The notes: generated by a model from the letters alone, not told the origin. Shown: positions 1 through 12,901, numbered from the stretch's first letter. The stretch is 64,000 nt of DNA from Antechinus flavipes (GCF_016432865.1 NC_067400.1:545414001-545478000); one strand, 5' to 3'. Made by a program: numbers and translations.

Positions 1-569
1 ATATTGAGGTTGTTTGAAACAAGAGTAGGATGCTGCCAGTCAGGGCAAAACCTTCACTTCTAGGAAACCACACATGTTTTCCAAGGAAAACCCAAATTAT
101 GAGACCTCCATTTTACTCTCAATTAATATATACCTTTAAAATTTGCTTTCAAGTTCTAAGATTTTTCAGTTTGAAGCAAGTGATTATAAAAAGTGCATAT
201 TTTTAAAACACGAAAAGCTGAAAGGATTCCTATTTTAGACTAGATTATGAAGTCCTGACTGATGAAAATCAAAAAAGATAGCAATCATTGGAATGTGTGA
301 GGCAGTGCCAGCTTGGTGCCTACTGAATGTACATCTTCATTTCCTACTGAAGACAATAATTTTAAATTCTGAATTCTGCAGGGGGAAAAAATGCCAGGAA
401 TGTATCTCACAGAAGTGTGTGAGCAGTTGTGAGGTATTTTGGAAGAAACCCCCTGATCTTCAAATTTTCGTTAATTCCAAAATCAAAATAGGTAAGGAAG
501 AAAAAAATGTCTATTTATATATGCTTACAATATGCATAATGGAAGTTTTCATTTATGATCTCTGATAAC

Positions 570-800
570 AGAGTTGAACAGGATCCTTCCAAAGTCATCT
601 AAGTCAACTCCTTTTTATAAATGAGAAAGACAAAGGTCAGGAAAGTAAACGACTTACCTGAGATCACAAAGATAGTAAATGTAAATGGCAGAGCTGGACT
701 GAGTATTGAGGCTCAAATCCTCTGACTGGTAAATACTACTGTTATTACTATCCCCACTTTACAGATGAGGAAACTGAGGCAAATAATGTTTGCCCAGAAT
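570..800 (-). mobile_element. MIR/CORE-SINE fragments
   Basis: Core motif 'ccccactttacagatgaggaaactgaggc' and 'gacttacctgagatcaca' in antisense orientation. Confidence 0.75.
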
Positions 801-1669
801 AAGAAAAGAGGCAGGGTTTGAATAGAAAAATCTTACTATTCTATTTTTGGCTTTTGCTAATGAATGTCATTGATATGAACTCAACATATTAAATTTCAAA
901 AAAAAAAAGATATAGGAGATGCTATGTAGTTTCTCACGTTTCTATGAAATATACTTTTTTTTTCTTACATGGAGAATAAGCTTTAAATGAATATGTGCTC
1001 ATTGCCTTGATTAAGTAGAATTATAATAACTCTCTCTAAAAAATCCTGTGGACACATTTTCACCTCTGTCCTGGGCCTGCATTATTTTGAGGGGAAAGGT
1101 TGAATGAACTTTTTACCCTTTGTGTCTCAGAAGACTAATGTACTTTGCCCTCAAAAGTGAACTCTCTAAGTAAGAGTTCGCCAAGCTTTACAATCTCACA
1201 ACTATAAGTAAAGATGTTTGAACTGATATATGCTTATTGATGTAAATATTTATATTTATGATATACATAGAACAATGTTAGATTTATTTCGGTACTTGCT
1301 TTTAGTGACTGACTTATTAGGAAGAACAATTCATAAAGATAAATAGTTCTTGATGGAATTGCACTGTTGGCTGTATTTACTAAATCAAAATATTAATTTT
1401 TCAATCGCATCTACTAATTATGCAAAGGATTTTGTTGAAATTTGGCTAGTAAATTTCCATCTTTCATGATGTCAATTAATTGTTCTTGCAAATTAATCCT
1501 AAGGTGTTGCATTTTTATATTTTTAACAAATAGTTTTAAAACCCACTAAAATTTTATTTGGAAGATTTTTAAATTCTGTTTTTGAGTGTTTTTTTTTTTT
1601 TTTTAAGTATATAACCATGAGAGCTTTTATAAGTGTCACACACAGTTTTTGGCAATAAAATCATATGAC

Positions 1670-1795
1670 ATAACTTCACATGTGTCTTCCCAAATTGGGG
1701 GGGGAGGGGAGGAAGAAAATCTGGAACTCAAAGTTTTAAAAACAAATGTAAAAAAATTGCTTTTACATGGAACTTGGGAAAAAATAAAATACACC
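1670..1795 (+). mobile_element. Old L1 3' terminus fragment
   Basis: 'ggggaggaagaaaatctggaactcaaagttttaaaaacaaatgtaaaaaa...aaataaaat', the same tail as at about 13915-13995. Confidence 0.7.
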
Positions 1796-2639
1796 TTACA
1801 CAATGTCAGTTTCATTTTTGTTCAAGAGCATTTTTCACATGGTTACTGATAGCTTGAATTTCTGCCTCTGTAAAATGCCTGTTCATAACCTTTGACTATC
1901 ACTTGGGGAATGGTTTTTATTTTTATATAAAATTAGTTCTCTATACAAGATTTCCCTTAGCAATAAAACCCTTAACAGATAAACTCCAAGGAATTGTAAT
2001 GGAGGAGGTACTGATCAACACAAATGGAATCAACATAGTCCCAGAGGATTTATGAGGGAATGTGCAAAATACTATCAGATTAAAAAGTGATATAATCACA
2101 TTCCTAGTTCCAAATTCCTATAAGCCATATGTGTATATACTAATATATACATATATATGCATGTGTATGTATGTACATATACATATATGGATGTCATATA
2201 TATGTATATATATGAACACTGAATCCCTGAATCCATTACTTTTTGTCAGGAAGAGGATGGAATACTTGATCATCTGCTCTCTGGAATTATAGTTGGTTAT
2301 TTATATCAATCAGAGTTAAATCTTTCAAAGTTGTTTGTCTTTACAAATATTAATGTAATTGAATAAATTGTTTTTTTGGTCCTGTTCATCTTCCTCTATA
2401 TCAGTTCATGCAAGCCTTCTGAGATTTTTTTGGAAACTATTTCCTTTATCATTTCCTATAATAGTAGTATTCCATTATATTTTTATATGACAATTTATTG
2501 CTGTTTCCCAATTGATAGGTATAGTCTTAGCTTACAGTTCTTTTTCATCATAAAAGAATTGCTTTAAGTCTTTCTGCATATATGATCTATTTCATTTTGC
2601 TTTAGCTATGTCTTGAAAAAAATAAGAGATTTTAAGAGG

Positions 2640-3110
2640 GAAAAGTAAGGAGAGAGAGCATTGGAACATGGTGGATGGTCAATGTAAAGTTGTAGACATG
2701 TGAGATGGAGGAGGAGCCACAAGAAAACCAGTTTGGCTGGGCCATAGAGCAAAAGAAGAAGACTAATATATAATAAAACTGAAATGCTAGTTGGGCCAAG
2801 TTGCCAAGGTCTTAAAATGCCAAACAGAAAAGTTTATATTTGATCTTAGAGTCAATAGGAAATAATAGAAAACTTTATTATGTAAAGGAAAGCCACGTGC
2901 TTTAGGACAATCATTTGGTAGCTGGGTAGAGAATGCATTGGAGGGGGGCAAGATTGAAAAGCAGGGAGACAAATTAGGAAACTAGTAGAACAGTCCAGAT
3001 AGTAAGTGCTAAGACCTTGAACCACAGTGGTGGATAGGTGAAAAGAGAGAAGGGGAGGAACCTAAGAGATGTAAAGATATGGTAGAGATTGGATTGAAGT
3101 AATTCTCATG
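2640..3110 (-). mobile_element. L2 fragment
   Basis: Purine-rich L2 antisense pattern 'aaatgccaaacagaaaagtttatatttgatcttagagtcaatagg'. Confidence 0.7.
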
Positions 3111-3577
3111 GAGGTGAATGAATATGCTCTCTGTCCCCTTCTGATAGGAAAGATGCTCTGGGCTCTTGTTAAAGAACATGCATTCTTAGTTGCTCTGGAT
3201 ATACTGCTGATATATTAGTTTCCCTTGGCTTAACTATTACTACTATTTTTTCTTTCTTACAAGAGAGAGTCATATTGGTTAGGGGTAATTTCAAAATCAA
3301 AATAGGTAAGGAAGACAAAAATGTATATTTATATATGCTTACAACATGCATAGGAAGCATTATGGAAGCAGAGTTATTGTGAAGTTAAAAAAAATTAAAT
3401 AAACAAACCCAAAGCATTAAGAACACTTAAAAAAATGACCCTTAACCCAGAATAATTTGGAATTTGCCCCACTAGGGTGATTTTCAGTAAATCAGTCATC
3501 AGGAAATTGGCGGATAGAAATGGCATTTCCTAAATGCGTGCCATACAATCAGCCCAGAAAATACCATCACAAAGATT

Positions 3578-3835
3578 AGAGGCAGTTAGGTGGTGTGGTG
3601 GGCCTGGAATCAGGAGGACCCGAGTTCATAGCTGGCCTGATACTTACAGCTATGTTACCTCTGGCAAATCATTTAGCTTCAATTTCCTTATCTATAAAGT
3701 GGGAATAATAACAGCACCTTACCTCTCAGGGTCATTGTGAGAATCAGCTGAGATAAGATTTATAAAGTGCTCAGCACAGTACCTGGCATGTAGTAAGTGT
3801 GATATAAATACAATATTATTACTATTTATTATTAT
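3578..3835 (+). mobile_element. Near full-length MIR
   Basis: tRNA-derived head, CORE 'tttccttatctataaagtgggaataataacagcacc', tail 'gcacagtacctggcatgtagtaagt'. Confidence 0.85.
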
Positions 3836-5039
3836 TCTATCATGAGACCGTCCTTCCCCATTTCTTTATATAATATTTACCTCATTAGGCCTCTCTGTAG
3901 TTTTTTTGTACTTTCTTTTCCCCCTAAAAGTCTGTCCTTAATATTCACTTTAATCTAATTTCATCTGTGCCGTTTTAATTGGGGAATGAAGTGCGATTTG
4001 GCTCTTTTGGGGATGGCCCTTGGCCCCACATCCTTCTCAGGTTGGCCCGAAATTCATTTGCTTGTATAATCAGCAGCTCCTCCAATTAGTGAAGTAATTT
4101 AGATTGACCCATAGACACCCAACACCTGTGGCAAAAGCACCCTTTCCTCCCTCCCCCCCAAATGTGGTTTGATTGTGGTTTAAAGAATGGCCCTAGAAAG
4201 TACAGCAGTGAATCAGTCGCCTGAAATAGCTGTGTACTTGAATTGACTCTGAGCATGAAGCATTAGCGGCCAGGATTGGGGACAGGATGCTCCCAGGAAA
4301 GAGAAAGTGCAGAAGGCTGGGACATTCAGGGCTCAGCCTCAAGAAGTAAAATCTTCCTGCTTTCTACCTTGCTGTGGAGGGCGGGAAAATAAAACTGATT
4401 TTTTTTTTTTAACATTTCATGTGTCTATTCAATCTTGACTTTTTTCCACATGCTCTTGTTTATATAATTAAAGACTTACCCTTGTCAACAGAAATATAAA
4501 TGTAGTTTACATTTTTTTTTTAATTAAAATAAGCTGTGGTTAACCAATAGCTGGTTAGGGGAGTTTTCTATCTAGGGGACCATCCCTTGGCTGTGTTCCA
4601 TTTTCTTACAGCCGTGCTGATTACTCTCATCTTTCAAGTGTATTACAAAACGGCATGAGGCTATAATGGGAAAGAGCCCACCAGAGTGGGCCAAGCTTGG
4701 GATTCTAGAAAGGAGGACTCCACAAAATATTCTAGGTCTAGAGAAACGAGAGACCATGTCCAGAAAACCAGCAATGTAGGGAAGAACAGGCAGACATCAA
4801 AAGCCTATGACCAAAGGATCCAAAGTCCAGGAAAGTAGGGTCGTGAAAGGCTAAGCTACCAAATGGGATTAACTTTGATCTTCAAACAGAAGGTGTGTTT
4901 TCTCTGGCCCTGTTTTATGCTGCCTGCTGGGTTTCAGTGGCTCTTACTACAAAGTAGATCAGAATCAGAAGGAAATCAAAGACCTCTAGGTGAATCCTAC
5001 TCCTGATTGAGGCAGGGACAGAATTGCTTTTGTTCCCCT

Positions 5040-5570
5040 TTCTTTGAATAATATTTTCCCCCTAATTATACGTAAAAACAATATTTAGCATTCATTTTTT
5101 AAAAAATTGAGTTCTAAATTCTCTCTTTTCTTTCTTTCCCTCTTCCCTGAGACAGTAAACAATTTGGTACAGATTATACATGTGAAATCATGTAAAAGAT
5201 ATTTCCACAATAGTGGAAGAAAATATAGACCNNNNNNNNNNNNNNNNNNNNNNNNNNNNNNNNNNNNNNNNNNNNNNNNNNNNNNNNNNNNNNNNNNNNN
5301 NNNNNNNNNNNNNNNNNNNNNNNNNNNNNNNNNNNNNNNNNNNNNNNNNNNNNNNNNNNNNNNNNNNNNNCTGCATTTAGACTCCATCAATTTGTTGTCT
5401 GGAGGTGGATAGCATGTTTCATAATTTTTTTTTTCAAATGTGCAAAATTCTGAAATTATGTGAACACTAATGTGACATGCACAGGTTTCCTCAAGGATTG
5501 TGTATCATAACTGGCAATCATTCTTTATATTTTAACAATTTCTTACTTTTTCCAATGTTACATGGAACTG
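5040..5570 (-). mobile_element. L1 3' fragment interrupted by an assembly gap
   Basis: Antisense L1 3' UTR-like sequence on both sides of the N-run. Confidence 0.6.
5232..5370. other. Assembly gap
   Basis: Run of N. Confidence 1.
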
Positions 5571-5619
5571 ACCGTGCTTAAAATCCAATAGTGTCTCTTC
5601 ATTGCCTACTAATTTCAAA

Positions 5620-6085
5620 TTTCTGCTGTTTAAGACTCTCCACAATTTGGCATCAAAGTACTTCTATAGATATATTATACTAGTCCTCTGAGTCACACTG
5701 GGCTTCTTGCCATTCCCTACATAAGCCCTGTGCTTCCTAGTTCTATGCTTTTGCTCCTAATGCATTTTTTCCTTGAAATACTCTCTCCTTACTCCACCTG
5801 CTAAATTCCTACTCATCCTTTGAAGCCCAGTTCAAAGCTGCCAATAAAGCCTTTGTTAATCTCCTCTTTCTCTTATAAGATTTCATTATACTTTGCAGCC
5901 CTTTTAGGTACTTACTACATATCAGTCTATCTTATGATTACTTATGAATATGTCACATTCCCTTCTAGAAAGTAAACATCATGAGGGCAGAAACCATTTT
6001 TATCAAAACCTTGAATATGGGCCATGGTCTAGCATCACACTCTGCAAACAGTAGGGGTTTAATAAATACTTGCTGCATTTGAATC
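5620..6085 (+). mobile_element. L2 3' end
   Basis: Ends 'catgagggcagaaacc...agtaggggtttaataaatacttgctgcatttgaat'. Confidence 0.75.
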
Positions 6086-6674
6086 CATCACCAGTGTAAC
6101 TGTCCTTGGTCAGGCTATGAATACTGAATTTCTCACAACTACCATTGTCATTCATCATTCCAAGAATAATAGACCCAAAGAAAAGGAAAAAAGATTTAGG
6201 GAAACATAAAATCATTTTCTTGGATAAGCAATGTAGACAAACAGCACACTGCTGCCCAAATCAATACATGTTCTAGGTGAATGAATCTGTAATTAGTAGC
6301 AACAATAGGAAAAGTGAGGAAATTGTTAGAACATAAGATATAGCTTCAGGTTGTGGGCAGAAAAAAACATGTAAAAAATTGAATGAGCCAGTCACTTTGT
6401 TAGGTCTGAGAATATAACTGTCTACTTCATATTTGTTTTGGTAGCTGCAGCCACCCCACCCTCCCCTATCTCTTCCTCTCTCCAGGAAAAACAAGGACAA
6501 ATTTTCATTACACTGAATTCAAAGCAACTCTAAAGTTAATCAGTAAGAGGGCCGGGAGTTTCATGCATGTAAACCAAAATGGTAAGGTTGGTAATAAAGG
6601 AAGATTCATCCAATATTCCAGAATGCAATGAAGGTACATGGCCTATAAAAATAAGGAAATTATGATACGACCTC

Positions 6675-6870
6675 ATTAGAATTCAATTTAACAAGCATTC
6701 ATTGTGAGTGCCTACTGTGTGGAGAGCACTTTGCCAAAGTCCTGTGGGAGACAGAAAGCTTAGCTGAGATTGAACCCTGGTAGAACTTACATTTTAGCAA
6801 TAGGGTATGACAAGAACATAAACTTATATACACAACAGTGTATGCTAAGTGCACTGGAGAGCTGCAAAAC
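6675..6870 (-). mobile_element. L2 3' end
   Basis: 'caatttaacaagcattcattgtgagtgcctactgtgtg'. Confidence 0.7.
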
Positions 6871-7434
6871 AACATGCTAAGTGAAGTTGAAATAGGATGG
6901 GTTTTTTGAGGGAGAGGTGAATATAAAAAACAAGAGTTGTAGAAGCTTTGATGATGGTCATCACTTTGCATAAAGAGCACACTAAATATCTGTTGTGACC
7001 AGGACGGTGCTTTCAGCTTTCAATTAAATGTTCCAAGTCAAGTTCTTGGAATTTAAATAGTTGAAAAGCTTTGATCGCCACAGGAAATTTGAAACATATT
7101 TCAAATCCATTAGATAGCCACAAGATGAGAGGCAAAAAAAATAGATATCAACAAGAAAGATTTAAATTACCCAGAGTTCTCCTGTAGAGGGAAAAAAAAG
7201 TACCATTCCAATGCTGAAACAAAACTATTTGCTTTCATGAGATAGAAGTTAGGGTTAGATAGAGAAGGGCTATGTCAAAGAGGCTACTCTTCCCTACTTT
7301 TGTTTCCAACAAAATAGGAATGATTCCAATGAAGAAGAAAAGTGGATTATTTAAAGAGGTTCCTTTCACTTCCAAAAGAAATCATCTGCTTGTTCTCCAT
7401 GGAGTGATGCTGTGGTTCTAAGTGTTCATCTAGT

Positions 7435-7615
7435 AAGCTAGCTGATGACATGATGGATAGAGTTCTAGTTTGGATGGAACTGAATTCAAATCCCTTCTCA
7501 GACAATTCCTAGCAGGGTGATCCTGGGCAACTCACATCTGGCTCTGTATAATTTATCTCCCAGAGTTGTGGGAAGATCAAACAAATATTTGTAAAGTGCA
7601 CAAAGTCTGGCACCT
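7435..7615 (+). mobile_element. MIR
   Basis: 'ctgaattcaaatccc...gtgatcctgggcaa...gttgtgggaagatcaaa...atttgtaaagtgc'. Confidence 0.7.
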
Positions 7616-7804
7616 AAGGGTCAGCAGAAGAAGGGACAAGTAGCAACAAATAGCAATTTGTTAACTTTACAACCATAGAAAAGTCATCTGCTTTGCTGTA
7701 TTTTAGATATTACACAGAACTTCCCAAGACTTACCAAACCAAATAATTCCCACCCACTTCTAGTGATTCACATAGACACAAATGATACTACCAAAAGGAA
7801 TCTA

Positions 7805-7970
7805 GAGGCTGCAAGGTGGTACAGTAGATGGAACCGGACATGGAGACAGAAAGATCTGAGTTCAAATTTCATCTCAGATTCTTAGTATGTCATTTTTGGT
7901 CATATTTGACCTCTATTTGGGGTTTTCTTGGCAGACACTGGAGTAGTTTGCCATTTTCTTCTCCAGTTAA
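7805..7970 (+). mobile_element. CORE-SINE (Mar1/MIR-like) nested in CR1
   Basis: 'aggtggtacagtagatgg...gatctgagttcaaat...ggggttttcttggcagacactggagtagtttgccattttcttctccag'. Confidence 0.65.
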
Positions 7971-8334
7971 AATGGACAAAATCCAAGAAAGGAGCTAGTA
8001 ATAAAACCAATAACTGCAAGTGTTTATTTAAAAATACACAAAGTATAAATAATAAGCAAGGTGAGTCAGACATCCTTATGCAAAGAAGCAAATCTGAACT
8101 CTTAGGTATCACTGAGACTTCATAAGATAAGATCCTTGAATATACCATGGCTCCAGAAGTGTATAATTTATCCACAAGGGACAGGATAAAGAAATCTGAG
8201 GTTGGACAGGAATTGGGGTAATATCATTGGCTATTAGGGGCATTTGAAACATACTTCAAACCCATTAGATAGCCACAAGATGAAAGGCAAAAAAAAAAAA
8301 ATTAGATATCAACAAGAAAGATTTCAATTACCAG

Positions 8335-8530
8335 AATTGGTGGCGTAGTGTATAGAAAAAGACTCTTCTTCCTGAGTTCAAATCTGGTCTCAGACACTTA
8401 CTATCTACGTGACTCTGGACAAGTTTCTTCATCTATAAGAAGAAAAGGAAATGGGAAATCACTCTAATATTCTTGCCCAGAAAACCCCAAGTGGAGTCAT
8501 GAAGAATCAGACGTGATTGAAATTTCTCAA
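8335..8530 (+). mobile_element. Mar1-like SINE nested in CR1
   Basis: 'ggtggcgtagtgtatag...cctgagttcaaatctggtctcagacacttacta...gaaaaccccaagtggagtcatgaagaatcagac'. Confidence 0.8.
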
Positions 8531-9024
8531 CATACACACATGACATTATTATAGAAACCAAGGACAGAAATCTGGTATAGGGCATTGGGGTAGAGGTTTA
8601 GATAATATGCTCATCAACTTGTCAGATTACTCAAGGCATAGCTAACACATTCAGAAGCAATCAAGATAAATGTCCTTTTGATAAAGTAGCTCATATCATT
8701 CTCATAATGAAGATAGAGAGAATATGGATTAGATGATAATGCAATCAGAAAGATTCAAAAGCGATCCCATGGCCAGACTCAAAGAGCATGTGTTGATGGT
8801 TTAGTGTCAACCTGGCAGGAGGTCTCTAATGGAACATCCTAGGTATCTATATTTGACCCTGTGCTAGTTAACATTTTTATCAGTGATTTGGATAAAGGCA
8901 CACATGTTATGTGCATCATATTTGAGGATGGCACAAAGTTGAGAAGGAAAGCTAACACAATGGATGATAGAATGATAATCTACAAGGATCTTGACAGGCT
9001 AACATTAATTAGAACATTAAATTT

Positions 9025-9175
9025 TTATTTTTTTAAGTTTTTTTGGCAAGGTAATTGGAGTTAAGTGACTTGCATAGGGTCACACAGTAACTGTTAAATG
9101 TCTGAGGCTGGACTTGAATGCAGCTCCTCCTGATTTCAGGGCTAGTGCTCTATCCACTGTACCATCTAACTGTCC
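9025..9175 (-). mobile_element. WSINE/Mar1-like SINE nested in CR1
   Basis: Poly-T then 'ggagttaagtgacttgcatagggtcacacag...ctatccactgtaccatctaactgtcc'. Confidence 0.8.
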
Positions 9176-9468
9176 AACATTAAATTTTAATAAGGTAAAA
9201 TTCAATGGGAACAAATAAATTTCATCTTATACATGGTACCAAAAAAAAAAAAATCAATTCTGCAAATGTAATATGGAATGAGAGACATAGACAGTGGTTG
9301 TTCTGAAAAGAATTTGGGGGTTTTAGTGGACTATAAGCATGATGAGTCAGCCAAAAAATCTTAATGCAATCTTGAGCTATATTAATAGAGGTTTAACTTC
9401 CAGGAATGAGTTTCACTGTTCTCCATGGGTTGAGTTCTAAGCAACAGGGTTTAAGAAGGACTCTGATA

Positions 9469-11240
9469 GTATCATACCAATCAAAGTCCCAAGAAATTAC
9501 TTCATAGAGCTAGAAAAAAATGATAACAAAATTCATCTGGAAGAACAAAAGATCAAGCAATTCTAGGGAATTAATGAAAAAAAATTGCAAATGAAGGTGG
9601 CCTAGCTGAACCAGATCTAAAAATATATTATAAAGCAGCAGTCATCAAAATCATTTAGTATTGGCTAAAAAATAGAGAAGCTGATCAGTGGAATAGGTTA
9701 GGTTCATAGGACAAAATAGTCAATAACTTTAATAATTTAGTGTTTGACAAACCCAAAGATTCTAGTTTTGGGGATAAGAACTTATTACTTGACAAAAATT
9801 GCTGGGAAAACTGGAAAATAGTATGGTAGAAATGAGGCATCAATCCACACCTAATATCCTATACCAAGATAAGATCAAAATAGGTTCATAATTTAGACAT
9901 AAAGAGTGATATTATAAGCAAATTAGAAGAATAAAGGATAGTTTACTTCTCAAATCTGTGGAGGAGGAAGAAATTTCTGGTCAAAGAAGAACTCAAGCAC
10001 ATTACTGAGTACAAAATGGATAATTCTGATTATATTAAGTTAAAAAAACAAAAACAATGCAGAGAAGATTGTAAGGGAAACAATAAACTGGGGAAATTTT
10101 TTTTTATATTCAAGGATTCTGATGAAGACCTCATTTCTAAAATATATAGAAAATTGACTTAAATTTATAAGATTTCAAGCCATTCTCCAATTGATAAATG
10201 GTCAAAGGATATGAACAGGCAATTTTCAGATGAAGAAATTAAAGTCATTTCTTGTCATATGAAAAGGTGCTCTAAATTACTATTGATCAGAGAAATGCAA
10301 ATTAAGAAAATGCTGAGATACTATTATATATCTCTCAGATTGGTTAAGATGACAGGAAAATATAATGACGAATGTTGGAAGGGATGTAGGAAAACAGGGA
10401 CACTAATACATTGTTGGTGGAATTGTGAACCGATCTAACCATTCTGGAGAATAATTTGGAATTATGCTCAAAAAGTTATCAAACTGTGCATACCCTTTGC
10501 ACAGTGTAACCTACTGAGCTTATATCTCAAAAAGATATTAAAAGAGGGAAAGGGACCCACATGTGCAAAAATGTTTGTAGCAGCCCTTTTTATAGTGGCA
10601 AGAAACTGGAAATTGAGTGGCTTCCCATCATTTGGAGAATGGCTGAATAAGTTGTGGTATACAGATGTTATGGAATATTATTGTTCTGTAAGAAATGACC
10701 AGTAGGATGATTTCAGAGAGGCCTAGAGAGACTTACATGAACTGATGCTAGGTGAAATGAGCAGGACCATGAGATCATTATACATGGCAGCAACAAGCCT
10801 ATATAATGATCAATTCTGATGGATGTGGTTCTCTTCAACAATGAGATGATTCAAACCAGTTCCAATGATCTTGTGATGAAGAGAGCCATCTGCATCCAGA
10901 GAGAGGACTGGGGGAACTGAGGGTGGATCACATCATAATATTTTCACATTTTGTTGTTGTTTGCTTGCATTTTGTTTTCTTTTTCATTTTTTTTCCCTTT
11001 TTGATCTGATTTTTCTTGTGCAGCCTGATAATTGTGGAAATATGTGTAGAAGAATTGCACATGTTTAGTATGTATTAGATGACTTGTCAACTGGGAGAGT
11101 GGGTGGGGAAGGGAGGGAAAAAATTCCAACACAAGGTTTTATAAGGCTGAATACTGAAAACTATCCATGTATATATTTTGAAAATAAAAAGCTTTAATTA
11201 AAAAAATAAATAAAGTATATGTGAACTTAAAAAAAAAAAA
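9469..11240 (+). mobile_element. 5'-truncated L1 (ORF2 C-terminal part, 3' UTR, poly-A) inserted in CR1
   Basis: ORF 10211-10438 reads ...ECWKGCRKTGTLIHCWW (L1 ORF2 Cys-rich domain); poly-A tail; imperfect TSD aaggactctgata (9456-9468) / aaggactgata (11241-11251). Confidence 0.95.
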
Positions 11241-11799
11241 AAGGACTGATAAACTGAACAATATGGAAAGGGAGGACTTAACAAGAATTCATTCATGGCA
11301 AATACAGATTGGTTCAAAGAAATGGGCATATTCAGCCAGGATAAAAGAAGACTTAAGCAGAACATATTAACTGCTCTCAAGCATGTAAAATTCTTCAAGT
11401 ATTTCATGTCAAGATGGATTAGATTTGTTCTGTTTTTTTTTCTGGATAGTAGAAACAGTATCAATGAGTGGAAAATTGCAGAAATGTGGATTTAGGATGG
11501 ATGCCAGAAAAAGGTAAAAAAAAAAGGAGTTGTCCAGAAGGGAGATGTCTTGCCTGGAGAGGTGGTGGGCTTCCCATCCTTGGAAATCTCCCAAAAGAGC
11601 ACATTATGATAGAAATTACTTCATATTTGGGTTATAATAAATCACTGCTGAAATCACTTCCAATTTTCAAATTCTGTGATTTCGTGATTTCATTAATTCA
11701 AAAAAATCTTAACAGGTTAGACAGAGAATACTAATTCAATAGAACAAAGGAATAAACATCAAGTCTCACATTTACATTCAATCAATTTAATAAACACAA

Positions 11800-12090
11800 A
11801 ACAGGAAACCTGTGAGTAGATAATACTTTGGAAAAAGATTTGGGTTTTTGTTTTGTTTTGTTTTTTAGCAGATTATTAGTTCAAGATGAATCAGTGGTAT
11901 GATGGAGTAGCCAAAAAAAAAAAAAAAAAAAAACCTAAGGAAATTATGGGCCTAATAAGAGAAGCCTCGCTTCTAAGTAGATGATTGTCCTTCCAGTCTC
12001 TGCCCTAGTCAAATCACATCTTCAGCTCTGAATGAAGTTCAGTTTTAAAAGGATCCTTTTAAAAGGAAACCAGAATGATGAAGGATTTTT
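11800..12090 (+). mobile_element. L3/CR1 fragment
   Basis: 'ggaaaaagatttggg...caagatgaatcagtggtatgat...ctctgccctagtcaaatcacat'. Confidence 0.65.
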
Positions 12091-12124
12091 CGTGAAGATT
12101 GGTGGAAAAAGTTGGGAAGGAGGT

Positions 12125-12245
12125 GTTTATTTTTGGAGATAATTGGATTTAATTGACTTGCCCCCAATCGCATAGCTAGTAAGTGTCTGAGACTGGATTT
12201 GAACTCAGGTTCACCTCCTTATATAATCCAGGTGCTCTATCTTCA
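12125..12245 (-). mobile_element. CORE-SINE
   Basis: 'aattgacttgccccc...gctagtaagtgtctgagactggatttgaactcagg'. Confidence 0.75.
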
Positions 12246-12664
12246 ATAAGAGGGCAGGAGAAGGAAAGTCAAAACACGAAGGAAGTGAAATTCTAAAGAA
12301 TAAAGTAGTGAAGAAACAGACCATCTAAATGAGGAGAAAAATAGACAACTGTATAAAAGAAGACACTGTAGATGTTCAGAAAATTGATCAATAATATAAA
12401 TTTCAAAAAGATGCACAGAAGATAGAAGCAAAAACATAACAAAAGTTGAATAAAAAAAATCAGGGCATAGTCTAGTAACAGGACCAGAGATGCTAATAAT
12501 TAGAATGAAATAAGACTGTTAAGAAAAGCTAAGGAAAACAAAAATGAAGGTTCTAAAACAAATCATATGGGGGACAGGGAAGAAGGTTGAATCTGTTTTA
12601 GGTGAAAGGAATAATGATAATAGACAATAGAGAAAAGACAGCATTATCTTCTCATCTTTTGATT

Positions 12665-12864
12665 TGCTTATTTTTTAAATTTATTTTTAATTTATAAAAT
12701 AAATATTTGTATAGTATAGTAGAAAAAGATTGTACCAAAAACTGCAAATCTATTATGTACAACTTGTTATTCCTTTTAAGTATATAAAAAAGGTATCATG
12801 TAAATTTTCCCCCCTCTTTTCTGTCTCCTGCCCTAGAGATGGCTATCCTGAGACCCAAATATGT

Positions 12865-12901
<37 letters not shown>

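Larger units (their letters stand above)
7640..11650 (+). mobile_element. Decayed L3/CR1 LINE (ORF1 to 3' UTR) with nested SINE and L1 insertions
   Basis: From 7706: DITQNFPRLTKPNNSHPLLVIHIDTNDT (CR1 ORF1 esterase-like). About 8010-8125: CLFKNTQSINNKQ...LLGITET (APE endonuclease start). 8861-9000: NIFISDLDKG...FEDGTKL...YKDLDRL (RT). About 11310-11390: FKEMGIFSQDKRRL (ORF2 C-terminus). Confidence 0.88.

Noticed and set aside
4609-4655. Acceptor followed by hydrophobic VLITLIFQVYYKTA*
   Set aside because: Too short to assign, no linked upstream exon, and I do not recognise the protein
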